Under the pieces are notes generated by a model that worked only from the letters and a program-made list of their open reading frames with translations, was not told the DNA's origin and ran no database searches. The position numbers were made by a program, and so were the translations under genes. A DNA stretch of 64,000 nt from Octopus sinensis. Taxonomy: Eukaryota. Below are positions 50,974 to 64,000 of the stretch, one piece after another. The stretch covers positions 54,994,001 to 55,058,000 of the forward strand of contig NC_043010.1 of assembly GCF_006345805.1 (NCBI RefSeq), written 5' to 3'. Numbering within the stretch: the stretch's first letter is position 1; each line of letters begins with the position of its first letter.

Positions 50974-52740
50974 TCGTATAACACATCAATACATACATAA
51001 AGATACGCGCGTGCGCATATATATAAATATATATATGTATATATCGGCAACAAGTTAGAGGATACAAAAAAGAACAGAAAAAACAAGCAGGAATCATTCG
51101 GAGATTTCTCTCTTCAGTCGAGTTCTAGATCATCGTTGCCGTTTCGGCCGGTTACCCTCGAATTTGCTCCTGTCTGGCCGGCCCCAAGAAAATCTATGGT
51201 AAGAGCACGGGAGTTTTTGGAAGATAGCAAACGAATGTATACGAAAACAAGGACGAAAAGATTGCATCCCTCCATCCGTATTATTCACCCCCCGAATCCT
51301 AAGAGATTCGTGAGGGTAATGTCCTGAGGTGTCCCCTCCTCATAGTTCTACTAGAGGCGAAAGATGATAGACATTTAAGCTGGATTATCAAGTGTGAACA
51401 ACTATGGATTTTATCCATTCAACCTGCACATTGCCCAGCATTAGGTCTCTTGTCACTTGACTCGGCTTGAATAATAAATCTTGCGATTATTTCCTCCGAT
51501 ATTCTAATCACATGTCTATATTAACAGAACTATGGCTTCCAAATACGGAGATGTAGTGGTTCGACCTGGAGAACTCTCTGATCTTTGAATTGAATTACCT
51601 AACTATATTTTCTTTCTTTCATTCTTTAATTATTAAACAGTCCTACATGGGCAATAATGTATTCACTAGTATGTACTGTCATTGTTTAGTATTTCTTGGG
51701 AAAAAGGACGGACAAAGAAATAGAATAAGTTCTCGTCATGGAAAAATAATCTCTCCGATACGTGAAAACCTAATCTACATGTCGCGTAAAAACTTATATC
51801 AATTTACAATTGGGATATGCAGTTGCAGAAAAGAAAATAACCGTAAAAATTTTATAAATATATCTAATTCTTGAACTACGAAAGCATTACTACTGACATA
51901 TCATTGCATCTTATATCTGTTCTAAATTATACCCAACAATACTTGAAAATAAAATGTACATGAAAATGCCATGACTGAGAAAAGAGAAGTATCTGATATA
52001 CATCATTTTTTGATAAATTATTTAGAAAATACCATGCGTATGTTCAGCATTATCATTTGGAAATATATCCTACAAATATACATCTTTAATAACATCTTGT
52101 CAGCTGCGTGTCTAATAACATCACAATGTCTTATTGGAAGACGTACAATGGAAAATCTAATTGGCTTTGTTATCTAATGAGTTTTGTAAAAGTTAGTACA
52201 GTGGTTGACGAAATAATATATAATACAATAATTAACAATCTTTATATTCATATTGTGTAACGATAAAACCAGAAACTATACATCTTTTTATGTCAGTTTT
52301 GATGGAAATCATACTGCTGTTCACGAACACTAAATTTTACAGAGTGTATCTACATGTATCATCCAGGGGATATCGACCGTCATCCTAACATAGCAACCCC
52401 ATCTGCATCAGAATAATGTCATGTCATTTTTTGCCCATTTGGCGATGACACTGAATCCCCGATTTTAGCTCAGTTTATTTTCTGACTTTCGCAATTTGCT
52501 ATTATATATTTTGTACATTCATTTATCACTAGTGTTGTACTTAAGAGTCCAACGGAACTAATTTTACTCTACGATAGGAATATATGTGTCATAAAAAAAT
52601 CAGTAAATAATTATTATGTAATTTAAAGTATATAAAGGATATAAAGTTTAATGCAGAATTATGTCAAAAATACCGAATACAGTGACTTTAATTACCTGGG
52701 TTGTTATTCTTCGCGAAGAACCCAAAATTTTCTACAGCAC

Positions 52741-52976
52741 ATGTATTATATAAAATTCGTTCTGTCTGTGTGTGTGTGTGTGTGTGTGTGTTCTAGGATC
52801 TCGGGCATTCTCCATCCGATTGCACTCAAATTTGATATGTAGATACCGACGGTATTAGGGCGTATATAAGTCTTGAAAAATATTTTAAAATCGTTTCAAG
52901 GTGAGAATGCGATGGATAAAGTGAATAAAATCGTTTTTCTCTGGAATAGAAAAAAAGTCTATCTTTATTTCTTCTT
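52741..52976 (+). mobile_element. Non-autonomous Helitron-like element, 5' part
   Basis: Same family as 29407-29787. Confidence 0.6.
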
Positions 52977-55747
52977 TTACTGGAGTCCCAACTTTAGGTT
53001 AAATCAGTATTTCTGAAAGGGGAGGCCTATGAGACGGTCGGACAAGTTGTTTTGAGAAAATTTGGTTTAAATGTTTGACAACTCAGCACCGTCCATTGGA
53101 GGTGGGGTGCGTTTGCTCGTAATTATTATTTGCTGAAATTACAGATCTCAGTAAATACAGTTGTTTCTTTAGATGTATGAGCATATTAAAACGTGCGAAA
53201 AAAGAGATTACTTGCTGATGAGATTACAGGATACAATTTAGAGGGATAGAGAGAGTGAGAGAGAGTGGAGAGAGTACAAATCCACACTGATCTCTAACAG
53301 GCTTCTTTGTCGTCTTTATATCCTTTTCTCACAATTTTACCATTGTGTTTATAGCTCTCGTGTTTATCTTGTAATTTCGTTTCTATACCCGTGGAACAGT
53401 TTTGTATAATGCATGTTTCGTAATCTTTTATTACCCTATTCAAGCTACGTTTTTACTCTCTCAACTATTTCTATAGAACCATTATTATTTGTTTGAGTAC
53501 GTAGTTCCATCAATATTTATGTGATTTTCGTGCGTCACACAAGTATTCCACAATATCACAATATTAAGATTTGGAATTTTGGTTCGAGAGGATTTCGTTC
53601 CTTTTTAAGTATTTATTTTCTTGTCATTATACTTATCGGAACTTTACAATTCAGTAAACATCAAATGCATTAAGATAAATTTCAAATTACGATAATGGTG
53701 TTATTTCTTATGAATTTCCATGCTTAAAATATTAATGTATTAATATATTCCAAGCTGTCGCAAGGATCTTGGAACACAAGTCAAATTCTTGGAGAGTGGA
53801 ATCGGCAATGCAGTTTTACTTCCAAATTATAACATTATTTTCTATAAGCATAAATAGTTATAACATCACACATCGCTGCCTCTTGCTAACCAATCAAAAG
53901 ATATTGAATGATATTGCAGTGAGTGAGCAATGCTGTTCTTCAACTGCAGCTCAGAAATGGTCTCTCAGAAGTCTGATAAAAATGCGTAAAATTCGTAATT
54001 AGTTCGTTGCATTAGAAGCAGAAGTTCTTTACGGATACAATTTTGGGGGAAATTTCTATGTGCTGTTTGATATTTACTTGAGGCCTCTTTTGTGGCCAAG
54101 CAAATATTAAACTATTGAATCGGGGAAACATGGATGGAATTGATGGAATTTGTGTTATTTTGAATGAAAAGCACATCGGCGTCCTTTCATTTAACAGGAT
54201 TTCTCTTTTAAGATTTACTTCCAAATGCAGGTGAAAGAGAACTATACAATTTATTGATTAGACATACAGAAACGATTTAGAAACAGTGCACTCGCTTCAA
54301 ATAATTTGGCCTGCAAGAACCGATAAAATGGCGTATGGCAGTCTCAGTAAACATTGAACGAATAATATTTCCATTACTATATATATTCCGTTACGAGATA
54401 TTAAAACAATGAACAAGTAAGAATCGACGACATTATGCATGTCATCAATTGTAATTAGTACAGGATATTAAAATTCAATTGTAGAAGACTTGACTTTCTG
54501 AAAAGTATTCCATTTTATATGGTAGAAACTAGCTTTGAGAAAATTAATAATTGTATGTCTAAATCCCATGGCGTACATATTTTTCTAAAATTATATTAAA
54601 ATTGAATCGCCCTCTGCGTTGAAATTTATTTCCGAAACTACTTGCTGATTTAGTTTAAGAAATATGCATTTTTATTAAGAATATGGTAGAAAAAAAATTA
54701 TATCCTATTAAAGTAATAACTCGTCGAATGACTTCTTCATGTCGATATCAGTAAACGATTTTCAATTTTTCAAGCCTCGAGCATCAAGCACTCCCTGTGA
54801 TCGGTTTTGGTCGATACACATACACACAGACAAAATATACCCACAGACAAAATATACACACACGGCCCACGCACACAATTTGACTTGTGTTCCAAGATCC
54901 TTGCGACAGCTTGGAATATATAAATACATTAATACACACACACACACACACGCACATGAAAAGTAGACGAAAATAAAGAAAGTTCTCTAGCACATCATAA
55001 ATTATAAGTTACAATTGTTTCCGTACCATCTCTATTTGCACTGCCAGTTCACGCAAAAGTTCTCAATGGAAATTGAGACCTTGAAGGGCGCACAATGTGA
55101 CAGCACAGCTTTGTTGCATGTCTGAAGTATCTCCCAAGTGTCTAAAACTGCAAAAGTTTTATCAATGTGGAGTAGCCGAACCCAGCAGGCTTCGCTGCTG
55201 ACCGACTGTTCGAAGGATTATTTACCTAAATTCAGTGGAATACATCCATTGATAAGAGGCAACATCCTCGAAACTAGTCTATGGATGCCAGGCCAGCAAG
55301 ACGAAACTGCTCACCTCCCCTTTTCGAAGGTTATAATGGGGACAGGTTTGTGTGCCATATAGCAAGCTAGAAGCAATGGCGTCTTGGAGCTAATCAACGG
55401 CAACATTCGTCTTAATTTTCTGGACTGCGATGTTAGCTTGGCGATAACTATTAATATCCAGTATCGCTGCCGTAGTCGCCTTTAGAGAGAATTAGAGTTA
55501 ATGATATTTCTATAAACATGAAATCAGCAATTAAAAATATACCTGAAGTTTGAAAATTGTTACAAAGTTATCACTATGAATATAGCATATGTAAAGAAGA
55601 AGACGATGTTACTGTTTTATTCGATTAAAATAAATATTTCTACGTCTCGGAAATGGAATGAAATTTTGACAAAATGATATTCACTTCAAATTTAAAATTA
55701 GCCATATGGCTGTTTACGCTTTCAGTTTGTAAAATATTGACGTATGA

Positions 55748-55814
55748 TGCACACACACACACACACACACCACACACACACACACACGCACACACATACA
55801 CAAACGCACACACG

Positions 55815-55859
<45 letters not shown>

Positions 55860-56057
55860 ACACGCACACAATGTGTCTTTGTTGGTATGTATGTTTAAAT
55901 ATAAGCAAAGCGAAGCGTGCACACGTGTATAAACAAAATATACCAATATAAACAAGTAGGTTAATTAAATCATTGTCTATAATACGTCGAATATTGTATA
56001 TGGCAGTCTCCTCTTCTTTTATCTATGTCACACACACACACACACACACACACACAC

Positions 56058-56101
<44 letters not shown>

Positions 56102-56160
56102 ATATATAATATATATATATGTACGTGTGTGGGGGGGGCGTGCGTGTATGTGTGTGTATG
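55748..56160. repeat. (CA)n(TA)n microsatellites
   Basis: Direct reading. Confidence 0.9.
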
Positions 56161-56649
56161 CCTTTGTGGATAGGAACGCCTAGTTGTAAACGATGTCGAT
56201 GTGCGTGCATGTGTGCGTGTATCTCACCGTCTTTGTTTACCTAAGCATATGAATAATGTTATAATGTGCTAATGATGCGTCTATTGAAAGAAAGCAGATA
56301 ACGTTCATTTTGAGAATTAGTTAATTAGAAATCATTCATTAAATCCCGTTGAAGTTCATAAAAATATTGATTGAATATCAGTTAATTAATCGATAGAATC
56401 TTAAACTTCATTCTGATCTATATACAAATATAAGCCATGAGTGAGAAAGTAAACACATTTTCTTACTATTCTTGTCTTATTACACACTGATATTAAAATA
56501 AGTACTCGTTTACTTTGTTTCAGAATGAGGGTTTCTAACTAATATAGGTTTGAGGTGTAATTAATAAAGATATTCAGCGATCGACAAACCATTGAAATTC
56601 TTTTCAAATGGTTTCGCATTTGAAACAAGACAAGAAACTTTAAGTGAAG

Positions 56650-56822
56650 TTGATAAGTCGATTACAGCCACCTCAGTTTCTAACAGCTACCTACTCTATC
56701 GATTCCAAAATGACAAAAGGCTAAATGGGTCCCGCCGGCATTTGAATTTCAAAACGTAAAGACGGGCGAAATACCTATAAGCATTTCATCTGCCGTATTA
56801 AAATTTCTGCCAGATCGCTGCA
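56650..56822 (-). mobile_element. Decayed family B SINE
   Basis: taagtcgattaca...atttgaat...acgtaaagacgggcgaaatacc...tttctgccag. Confidence 0.65.
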
Positions 56823-57747
56823 TAAAATAAGTGTATTGTTGATATATTTGTGAAGAATTGTAGTTATACGGTTGTACAATTTGTGATTGATTAAAATTAT
56901 ATTATATTCCACTAAAAACTCCAATGTTTTTTGAAGCAGGGTGGCTGATGTGACCGAATAAATCTAGAGCTATGCTAGATGAATGCAAATGTTATCTAAA
57001 GCCTCGTTTGCTAGGAAAGTCAAAGGGTAATTGAAGACGATTATAGAACTCCTTTTATTACGTATCACTTCTGTTTAGAAGTGAAAATGCCTTTGTATAT
57101 GGAAAATGATTCTCACCACTTAGTAACAGTGCCAAGCTACGAAAGCATAGATGAAAACTTAAAACCCACGTGACATGGAGGATATAGCAATAACAGCTCT
57201 GAATGAGACTAGAACACTGGAGAAAAGTTGTAAATGTCCTATGATCCATAGTGAATGAAGGACCTAAGTAAGAAGGTTTCTTTTAAATAAAGTGTTTTCT
57301 TCTATTTTTTCGTGTTTAAATATGTTTTCATCTATAACTATAAAACTATCGAAGTTATCGAATTAATTTTGGGATTTAGTTTACGAAATTTATATTATTA
57401 TAGAATCGCATAAACGTCATTTTGCTATTGATGTCATGAGTTCAAACGAAGAGATCATCCTTTAATTAGATTTTATTCATAGGTTAAAATGAAAAATTGT
57501 TTGCAAATACTGTAGACACTTTGCTGTATAACTGAAAGGAAAATCTATATCACGATGGGAAATGTAAAAGAAGAATGTACATTAAAGTACAGCATATTTA
57601 GGTTAAAACATGTAAGAAAGATAAAGAAATGATAGATATATCGAAAGTGAAAATTTCAAGCAAATATCTAGGAATCAAAAGGAAAAATAAGTTGCAATTT
57701 AGACTACAAATAGTTACTGTTTTAGGACTTAATATGTTACTATTCAA

Positions 57748-57972
57748 TGTGGTGGCGCGTGGCTTAGTAGTTAGGGTGTTTCACTTGCGGTCGTAATATT
57801 TAGGTTTTGATTTCTGTACCGGACGATGCGTTGTGTATTTGAGTAAAATACTTTATTTCACGGTGTTCACGTCTATTCAACTAGCAAAAATGAGGTATCC
57901 TCTGACGGACCAGTATCCAGTCAAGGTGCGAAATATATACGCGATGGAAACAGGAAGACCGGCCCTATGAGA
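57748..57972 (+). mobile_element. Decayed family D SINE
   Basis: gcgcgtggcttagtagttagggtg head; actttatttcacg; ggaaacaggaagaccggccc tail. Confidence 0.7.
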
Positions 57973-57979
57973 ATATATG

Positions 57980-58205
57980 AAAGGCGACGCGCTAACACAA
58001 TCGTTAGCATGCCGACTAAAATGGTTCAAGGCATTTCATCAGTCTTTACGTTATGAGATCAAATTCTACCGAGATCGACTTTGCCTTTCATCCTTTCGGG
58101 AGTCGATAAAAAAAAACAGAAACCTACCAGTTAAGCACTGGAATCGATGGTAATCGACTTACCCCTCCCACAATATTGCTGACCTTGTGCCAATATTTGA
58201 AATTA
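57980..58205 (+). mobile_element. Decayed family B SINE variant
   Basis: tcgactttgcctttcatcctttcgggagtcgataaa core. Confidence 0.75.
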
Positions 58206-59449
58206 ATATTTTACAACTCATCATAGTTTTTTTTTCGTATTTCGAAAGGTGTAGTCTCACATCCTTAAGTTTTGAGTCCCAATAGGCGTCGGTAGCGATA
58301 TACTGACTGAATTAGCTTATGCAATATTTGAGACAAAAAAAAATCAAATAAATATTCTAAACGATTTTAAAATCAAAAAATCAAAGGCGTGTTTTCATTA
58401 AAAGTACGATATTAATGTGTGGAAAGTGACTCCAGGCCTTAAAGCGACATTCACTATTGAAAAACATCTGCATGACTGCTAAATGTTGCTGAATTTAATA
58501 CTGAGCTTGCGCCGTTCATCTTCAAGCCACGTTCAATACAAGTATGTCAATAAGTGTCAAGAACCTAAAACAGTAATCCGTTGGTTCAATAAGTATAGTA
58601 GCCGGTGGCACAGTTCTCCAGTTACCAGAATTTACTATATAATTCCGAGAAAACAAATCAACCTCTAAAACAATTATATTTGACTTTTTGCCAAATTTGC
58701 TTTTTCTAGTTCTTTTGCATTTTATACTTATATATACACATTTGTACAGAATTTGTTTCTATTTATATACGTTAACACACTTTTCGTTCAGATCCTGAAG
58801 GCATCAATTAAAGGGGCTTGACTATACAGTGCAAGATATTTTTCGAAGCACACTACAGATTTTGCTAGTCTGCCAATATTTTGTGACCGTTTGTTTAATG
58901 TTATGGATGTTTATATTACAGGTGTACTCATTAAAAGAACAACTTCATTGCATCAACTATCAGGAAAGGGAACCATGTATAAGGTAAGAGTGTTACGATT
59001 ACACGCAATTCGAATCTAGTTGTATTTTACTTAAATAAATGCAAACACAAAATATGGTATATTCTCAGGACTTCCCAACTTCAGTATGAATCGTAAATGA
59101 TGCTCAATATCACGAGAACTATATTGTGGGAAAACAATCACCACTATATAAATAATTTGAATTGTAGCTTCATTACATTTCAGTATATAGGGTCTAAAGT
59201 ATCTGCCAGTAGTTATGGGAGTGCCATAGGTGTACATTTTGATAAGTACATGCAGATACTTAATTTAGTAAAAGCTTGTTTAGATAATCATACACATTAT
59301 TACCGACTTATTGTTTTTATTTGTCTATGAAGAATTCGACCATGTGAAAATCTTCCAACAAGCATTTCCTTAAAGGTTATAATGATCACACTAGATGATC
59401 ACCGATAATTACTGGTACCGTCATTTAAAAAAAGTATATCATAATATAT

Positions 59450-59564
59450 GTTTCTTCACTGCCCACAAGGGGCTAAACATAGAGGGAACAAACAAGGACA
59501 GACAAAGGGTTTAAGTCGATTACTGGTACTTTATGTATCGACCCCGAAATGATGAAAGGCAAAG
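59450..59564 (-). mobile_element. 5'-truncated family B SINE with TSD
   Basis: TSD tcataatatat at 59439-59449 and 59565-59575. Confidence 0.85.
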
Positions 59565-60836
59565 TCATAATATATAGAAACCATTTGAGAATCTAAACAG
59601 CATCAAGGATTGGACAAATGACATTCTCAAGTAAAATTCCAGTCAACCATTTTGATAAGCATAGAAGTGTATTCGATATCCGTTTAGAGTAGAACGAAAT
59701 TCAGGAAGCAAGCCTACGGCGAAATATCAATGTTTGGTTGAGACATATATTTACGAAGCTGTAATTGGCTACCTATGTAATATTACCACTTTTCCAATAT
59801 TCAATTGTTTTGTTTAAGTAAAGCAATCCAGTACAATGGTTTTTCCTATGTAAATAGATATTGCAAATCCTAATTTGAAATATTCCTATCTGGGTATTAA
59901 TAAGGTCGCATTGAATCAGTTCAGTGGATATTTATCATGACATTTATAGTATTTATTATTAACGTAAAAATAATATTGATTCTACGTCAATGAAAAACAA
60001 ATTCAATCTTTCATAACAAAATAATGGAACGCCATAACATTTTAATAAATGTAAAACGAAAAACAAAAAAAACTTACTGCAACATTTTTTGATTTAAAAT
60101 ATATATTTTGTCACAAATCTTGTGCATATTGTCTGTTATTCATTCTAACATTATTATATCGTAGAGCCTATTACTTTTATACCAGAATATTGAGAAAGAA
60201 TTTCTTATGGGAGATGTCATCTGACTTCCTAAGTAGAATTGAAACGTTTATGCACCACATGGTTATTTTTTTCCTAAATAGAGATCAAAGGATTTTCTTT
60301 GCCTTGGTATATTGAAGATGTCACATTTTGAAACAGTTAGTGATTTCCCATGACTAGCTTCGAAGATTAACACGAATATATAGGAACTTGTAATATGATT
60401 TTGAAAAATACGTGGATTTCTCAAGAGTCTCGTGGACGTAGTAAAATTGAAGTGAATTGGCATCAAATGAGGACCGAAATCATATGCCTGGCATAGAAAT
60501 GTGGAAAATATTCTTATATATTTTTTTCTGTGCAGCGTCTCACATTATCTTTTCAGATGCTATTGAAAGATAAATTTCACACTTCAAAAGTGTATGACAC
60601 ACTTAAATTAATACATATTTCACATGTATTCTCTAATCATATTTTAAGGTGATAAAATAAAAATGCAACAAGTTCAGGAAAAGCATGCAGATAAAGATAC
60701 AGATGAAAACGAGAAATGTAACGTTGGGAATATAAAGTTTAACGTAAGAATTATTTTTTATTATCGAATTTCACACGTTTCGAAACGCACAAAGAAACAA
60801 TTCTAAAAATCCTTGTTTCCTTCCTTGTTAAAACAT

Positions 60837-61252
60837 ACTCTTTCACTCCTTTACTTGCTTCAGTCATTTGATTGTTGCCATGCTGGAGCACCACCTTTAG
60901 TCAAGGAAATCGACCCCAGGACTTATTCTTTGTAAGCCTAGTACATATTATATCGGTCTCTTTTGCCGAACTGCTAAGTTACAGGGACGTAAACACACCA
61001 GCATCGGCTGTCAAGCGATGTTGGGGGTTCAAACACAGACACACAAACATAGACACACACGTACACACACATATACATACATATATACGACGGGCTTCTT
61101 TCACTTTCCGTCTGCCAAATCCACTCACAAGGCTTTGATCAGCCCGAGCCTTTAGTAGAAGACGTTCCCCCAAGGTGCCACGGAGTGGGACTGAATCCGG
61201 AAACATGTACTTCGTAAGCTAGCTACTTACCACACAGACACTCCTACGCCTA
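60837..61252 (-). mobile_element. Family A SINE, full length
   Basis: Reverse complement of the 40922 head plus the 43436-43812 body. Confidence 0.92.
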
Positions 61253-62334
61253 TATAATACATACAATATACACAAATACACACAAACACACACATACAGC
61301 TATGTATAAATGACGTAGGCGTGTTAAAGAACAAGACGTTGGACAGTCTATCGCATTATACATTGTTACGATCTCCTTGGCGATTTCCAAGTGTATTTAT
61401 CAACTAATCTCTCGAGCGCTCTCTATCTCCCTTTTCTTCAGGATTTATTGATGCTTTTGATAAAAGAAACACTAAAGGAGATTAACAAATACTAACTAAT
61501 GCAGTATGGCTATGCAATAATAGGATTTCATGGGAAAAACACATCATCGCCAGAAGCTCAGTTAATCGTCATTCTTGCTCTTGTGAAATGTGACGAATTT
61601 GTTTCATTTGATTACACATATTGAAACACGGATAATTCCAGTTTGAAAGCAAGAGAGTGTCTGTAGGTTTCTTCTGTATTACTCTAAGTTGTATGAAACC
61701 AAACCTTTTAGAAAATCGATGCGGCTGTCGGAGGTCTGATATTTTTAATAAATACGTACCGAATTCAACTTCAATACCAACCTTGAATACTTTGTAGATG
61801 GATCATCGTAACGGACATACTGGTAGGAGTAGGGCTGTGATTGTAATTCCTCAGCCCTATGTTCAGAGCGTGTTTATAGTTTAAGTTCGACAGTTAAAGA
61901 TTGAAATTCACACACCTCAGGCAGATATATATATGACCATATTGATCAAATTCGGTGATGTTTTGAATCAAGATATATTGAGTGCTGTTACAGAGTTTTC
62001 TGTATAAACTGTACAGAATAAACTGTAATTCTGTACATTTTACTATCAAAGGAATATATCATCCGATTGCTTTGTAACAGGTCACCATATTGAATGTTGA
62101 TAAATGCAGGTAACTTAGATTGTCAGTGGCAGATATATACATGTAAATCTCACGTGTTTTAACTCTGACTTAACCTAATTACATACACACACTCGCAGAC
62201 GCACAAGTGAACACGCATAAACGCACGTATGTTATATTAGCAAAGAAATTAAGTAGTTGTTTGATCTTTCTTCGTCCTGTAATATTTTATCTTTTATCTA
62301 TTTCCCTTCTCATTGTCTTCTCTATTGTTTTACA

Positions 62335-62419
<85 letters not shown>

Positions 62420-62430
62420 GCCTGTCTGTC
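62335..62430. repeat. (TATC)n microsatellite
   Basis: Direct reading. Confidence 0.98.
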
Positions 62431-62719
62431 AATATATCTATATACCTATCAGATTAAAATCTTCTCGCAACGACCATATATATATATGTACCAAAAATAG
62501 GACCGCAGAAAATGTTGTAGGTAAGGAGTAGAAATATTATACTAATATTTTATTTATTCATAAATTGCTTACTTCCATGCTGACTACCTGGTAATTATCA
62601 TTAAATTGAGTTATATCTTTATTTCATATATATATACATACATATATTCACACATATATTCATATATATGCATACATATATATATACATATCCATACATA
62701 TATCCATACACATATAGAT

Positions 62720-62773
<54 letters not shown>

Positions 62774-64000
62774 TATATATACACCCCGACATACATATAT
62801 ACATGCACAGTCACACAGGCACTCATTCATAACTTCAAAGTGATTATGATGACGATGATTCTGTCGGAAATATCGTTCACGAAAGACACGTTTAGAGAAC
62901 TGTTCCTTCTTTGCAGTATCAACCTAAAATAGGTAAGAGACACGAATTGGAAATAGCTTTTTTAGTAATGGTTTGTAACAGCTTTTAAAATAGCGAAAAC
63001 AAAAAGCTTTGCCTTAATCACATTCTCCTTACACAATATTGCGAAGTACAATATAATAGCAGATCATAAAGAGATCTTTCTCTCACTCATATTCTGTTTA
63101 TATTACTGTTGTTTTTAGTTTATATCTTTCCTCCTTCAGGTGCTTCTTTTCATTTCCTAATGAACCGTATTGTTTACATTTCTATAAGGACTGACACACA
63201 AATGAATCATACATCTCTGACGTATGCAGATAATTTGTATCTTTTCTTAAACTTGCATTTGCAGTTGTATTTAACAACGCGTTTCATAAATTTCGCTTTA
63301 ATTTACAGATGCATTTTTCTACCAGCAATCTCATTTAAATGATGGCATATACATTTTCCAATCATATGTCAATCCCAAGTGGGATATGCTGCCTATGACA
63401 TACAGCCAAAGCAAAATTCTGTCTTGGTGGATTCTTCTGTGTGTCTTTTCTTTCGCTATTTCTTCAAATGACTAGAGAAAATAGCTTAAACGATAGACTT
63501 GTGGTTGATAATTTCAAGACCGCTGATAGTTCGTTGTGTAATGTAGAGACCGCTTCGAAAAACAGACAGGTTCGTTTAACATTTGATTAACTTTAACTTG
63601 TTCTATGACCGCATGTTTCACATGGCCTTCCTGTGAGATATAAGTACCTGGATTGTTTATTGCGAAAAAATCTATATGTCAAGTGCGAAAGCCAGGCAGC
63701 ACTCGCACAATATAAAACCGCTGATTATTATCTTCAACCTTTCTAAAGAAGCCAACATTCATCGAAAGCCAAGAGTATTTGTTAAGAAAATTTCGTGCAC
63801 GAAGGAATATCAAATGGTTAGAGGTATTTAGCATATGAATGCGACCAGTGTGAAATTCCAGGTCATAAATTCTCTATGACAGTACGTGTTATAAGCAAAG
63901 ATATCCTCATTGTCCGTGCACTGTCGACTTCTAAAGACTTTAATCGACAAGACGGTAAATCGGTTTTTCTTTGTTTAGTTAAATAAAAGGTATGTACAGA

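Noticed and set aside
51095-51155. CTGAAGA and GAAAC boxes on the minus strand
   Set aside because: No compatible stems I-III could be drawn
54012-54224. WPQKRPQVN resembling the Tc1-type WPPRSPDL motif
   Set aside because: One weak motif with no TIR or other transposase signature

Overview
AT-rich, microsatellite-dense eukaryotic DNA with no confidently identifiable host protein-coding gene. The repeat content (several tRNA-derived SINE families, R4/Dong-like and RTE-like LINE remnants, mariner elements, Helitrons, abundant (TA)n/(TAA)n/(TAGA)n) resembles an octopus/cephalopod genome; that assignment is my inference. Nearly all listed ORFs are translations of simple repeats. Recognisable coding remnants are transposon-derived: a TIR-complete mariner (42108-43396), Tc1/mariner remnants (7800-8400, 10095-10410, 37284-37856), an RTE RT fragment (28620-29372), five R4/Dong-like fragments beside TAA arrays and a Helitron helicase fragment (47907-48400). 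The most notable signals are hammerhead-ribozyme motifs: a tandem pair of minimal type I hammerheads 267 nt apart (124-457; Penelope/retrozyme-like), a well-formed one at 21856-21935 and weaker ones elsewhere. Several duplications (a 1.66-kb palindrome, a copy across a 100-N gap, an 869-bp tandem) may be assembly artefacts. I cannot establish a wholly new system from sequence alone.
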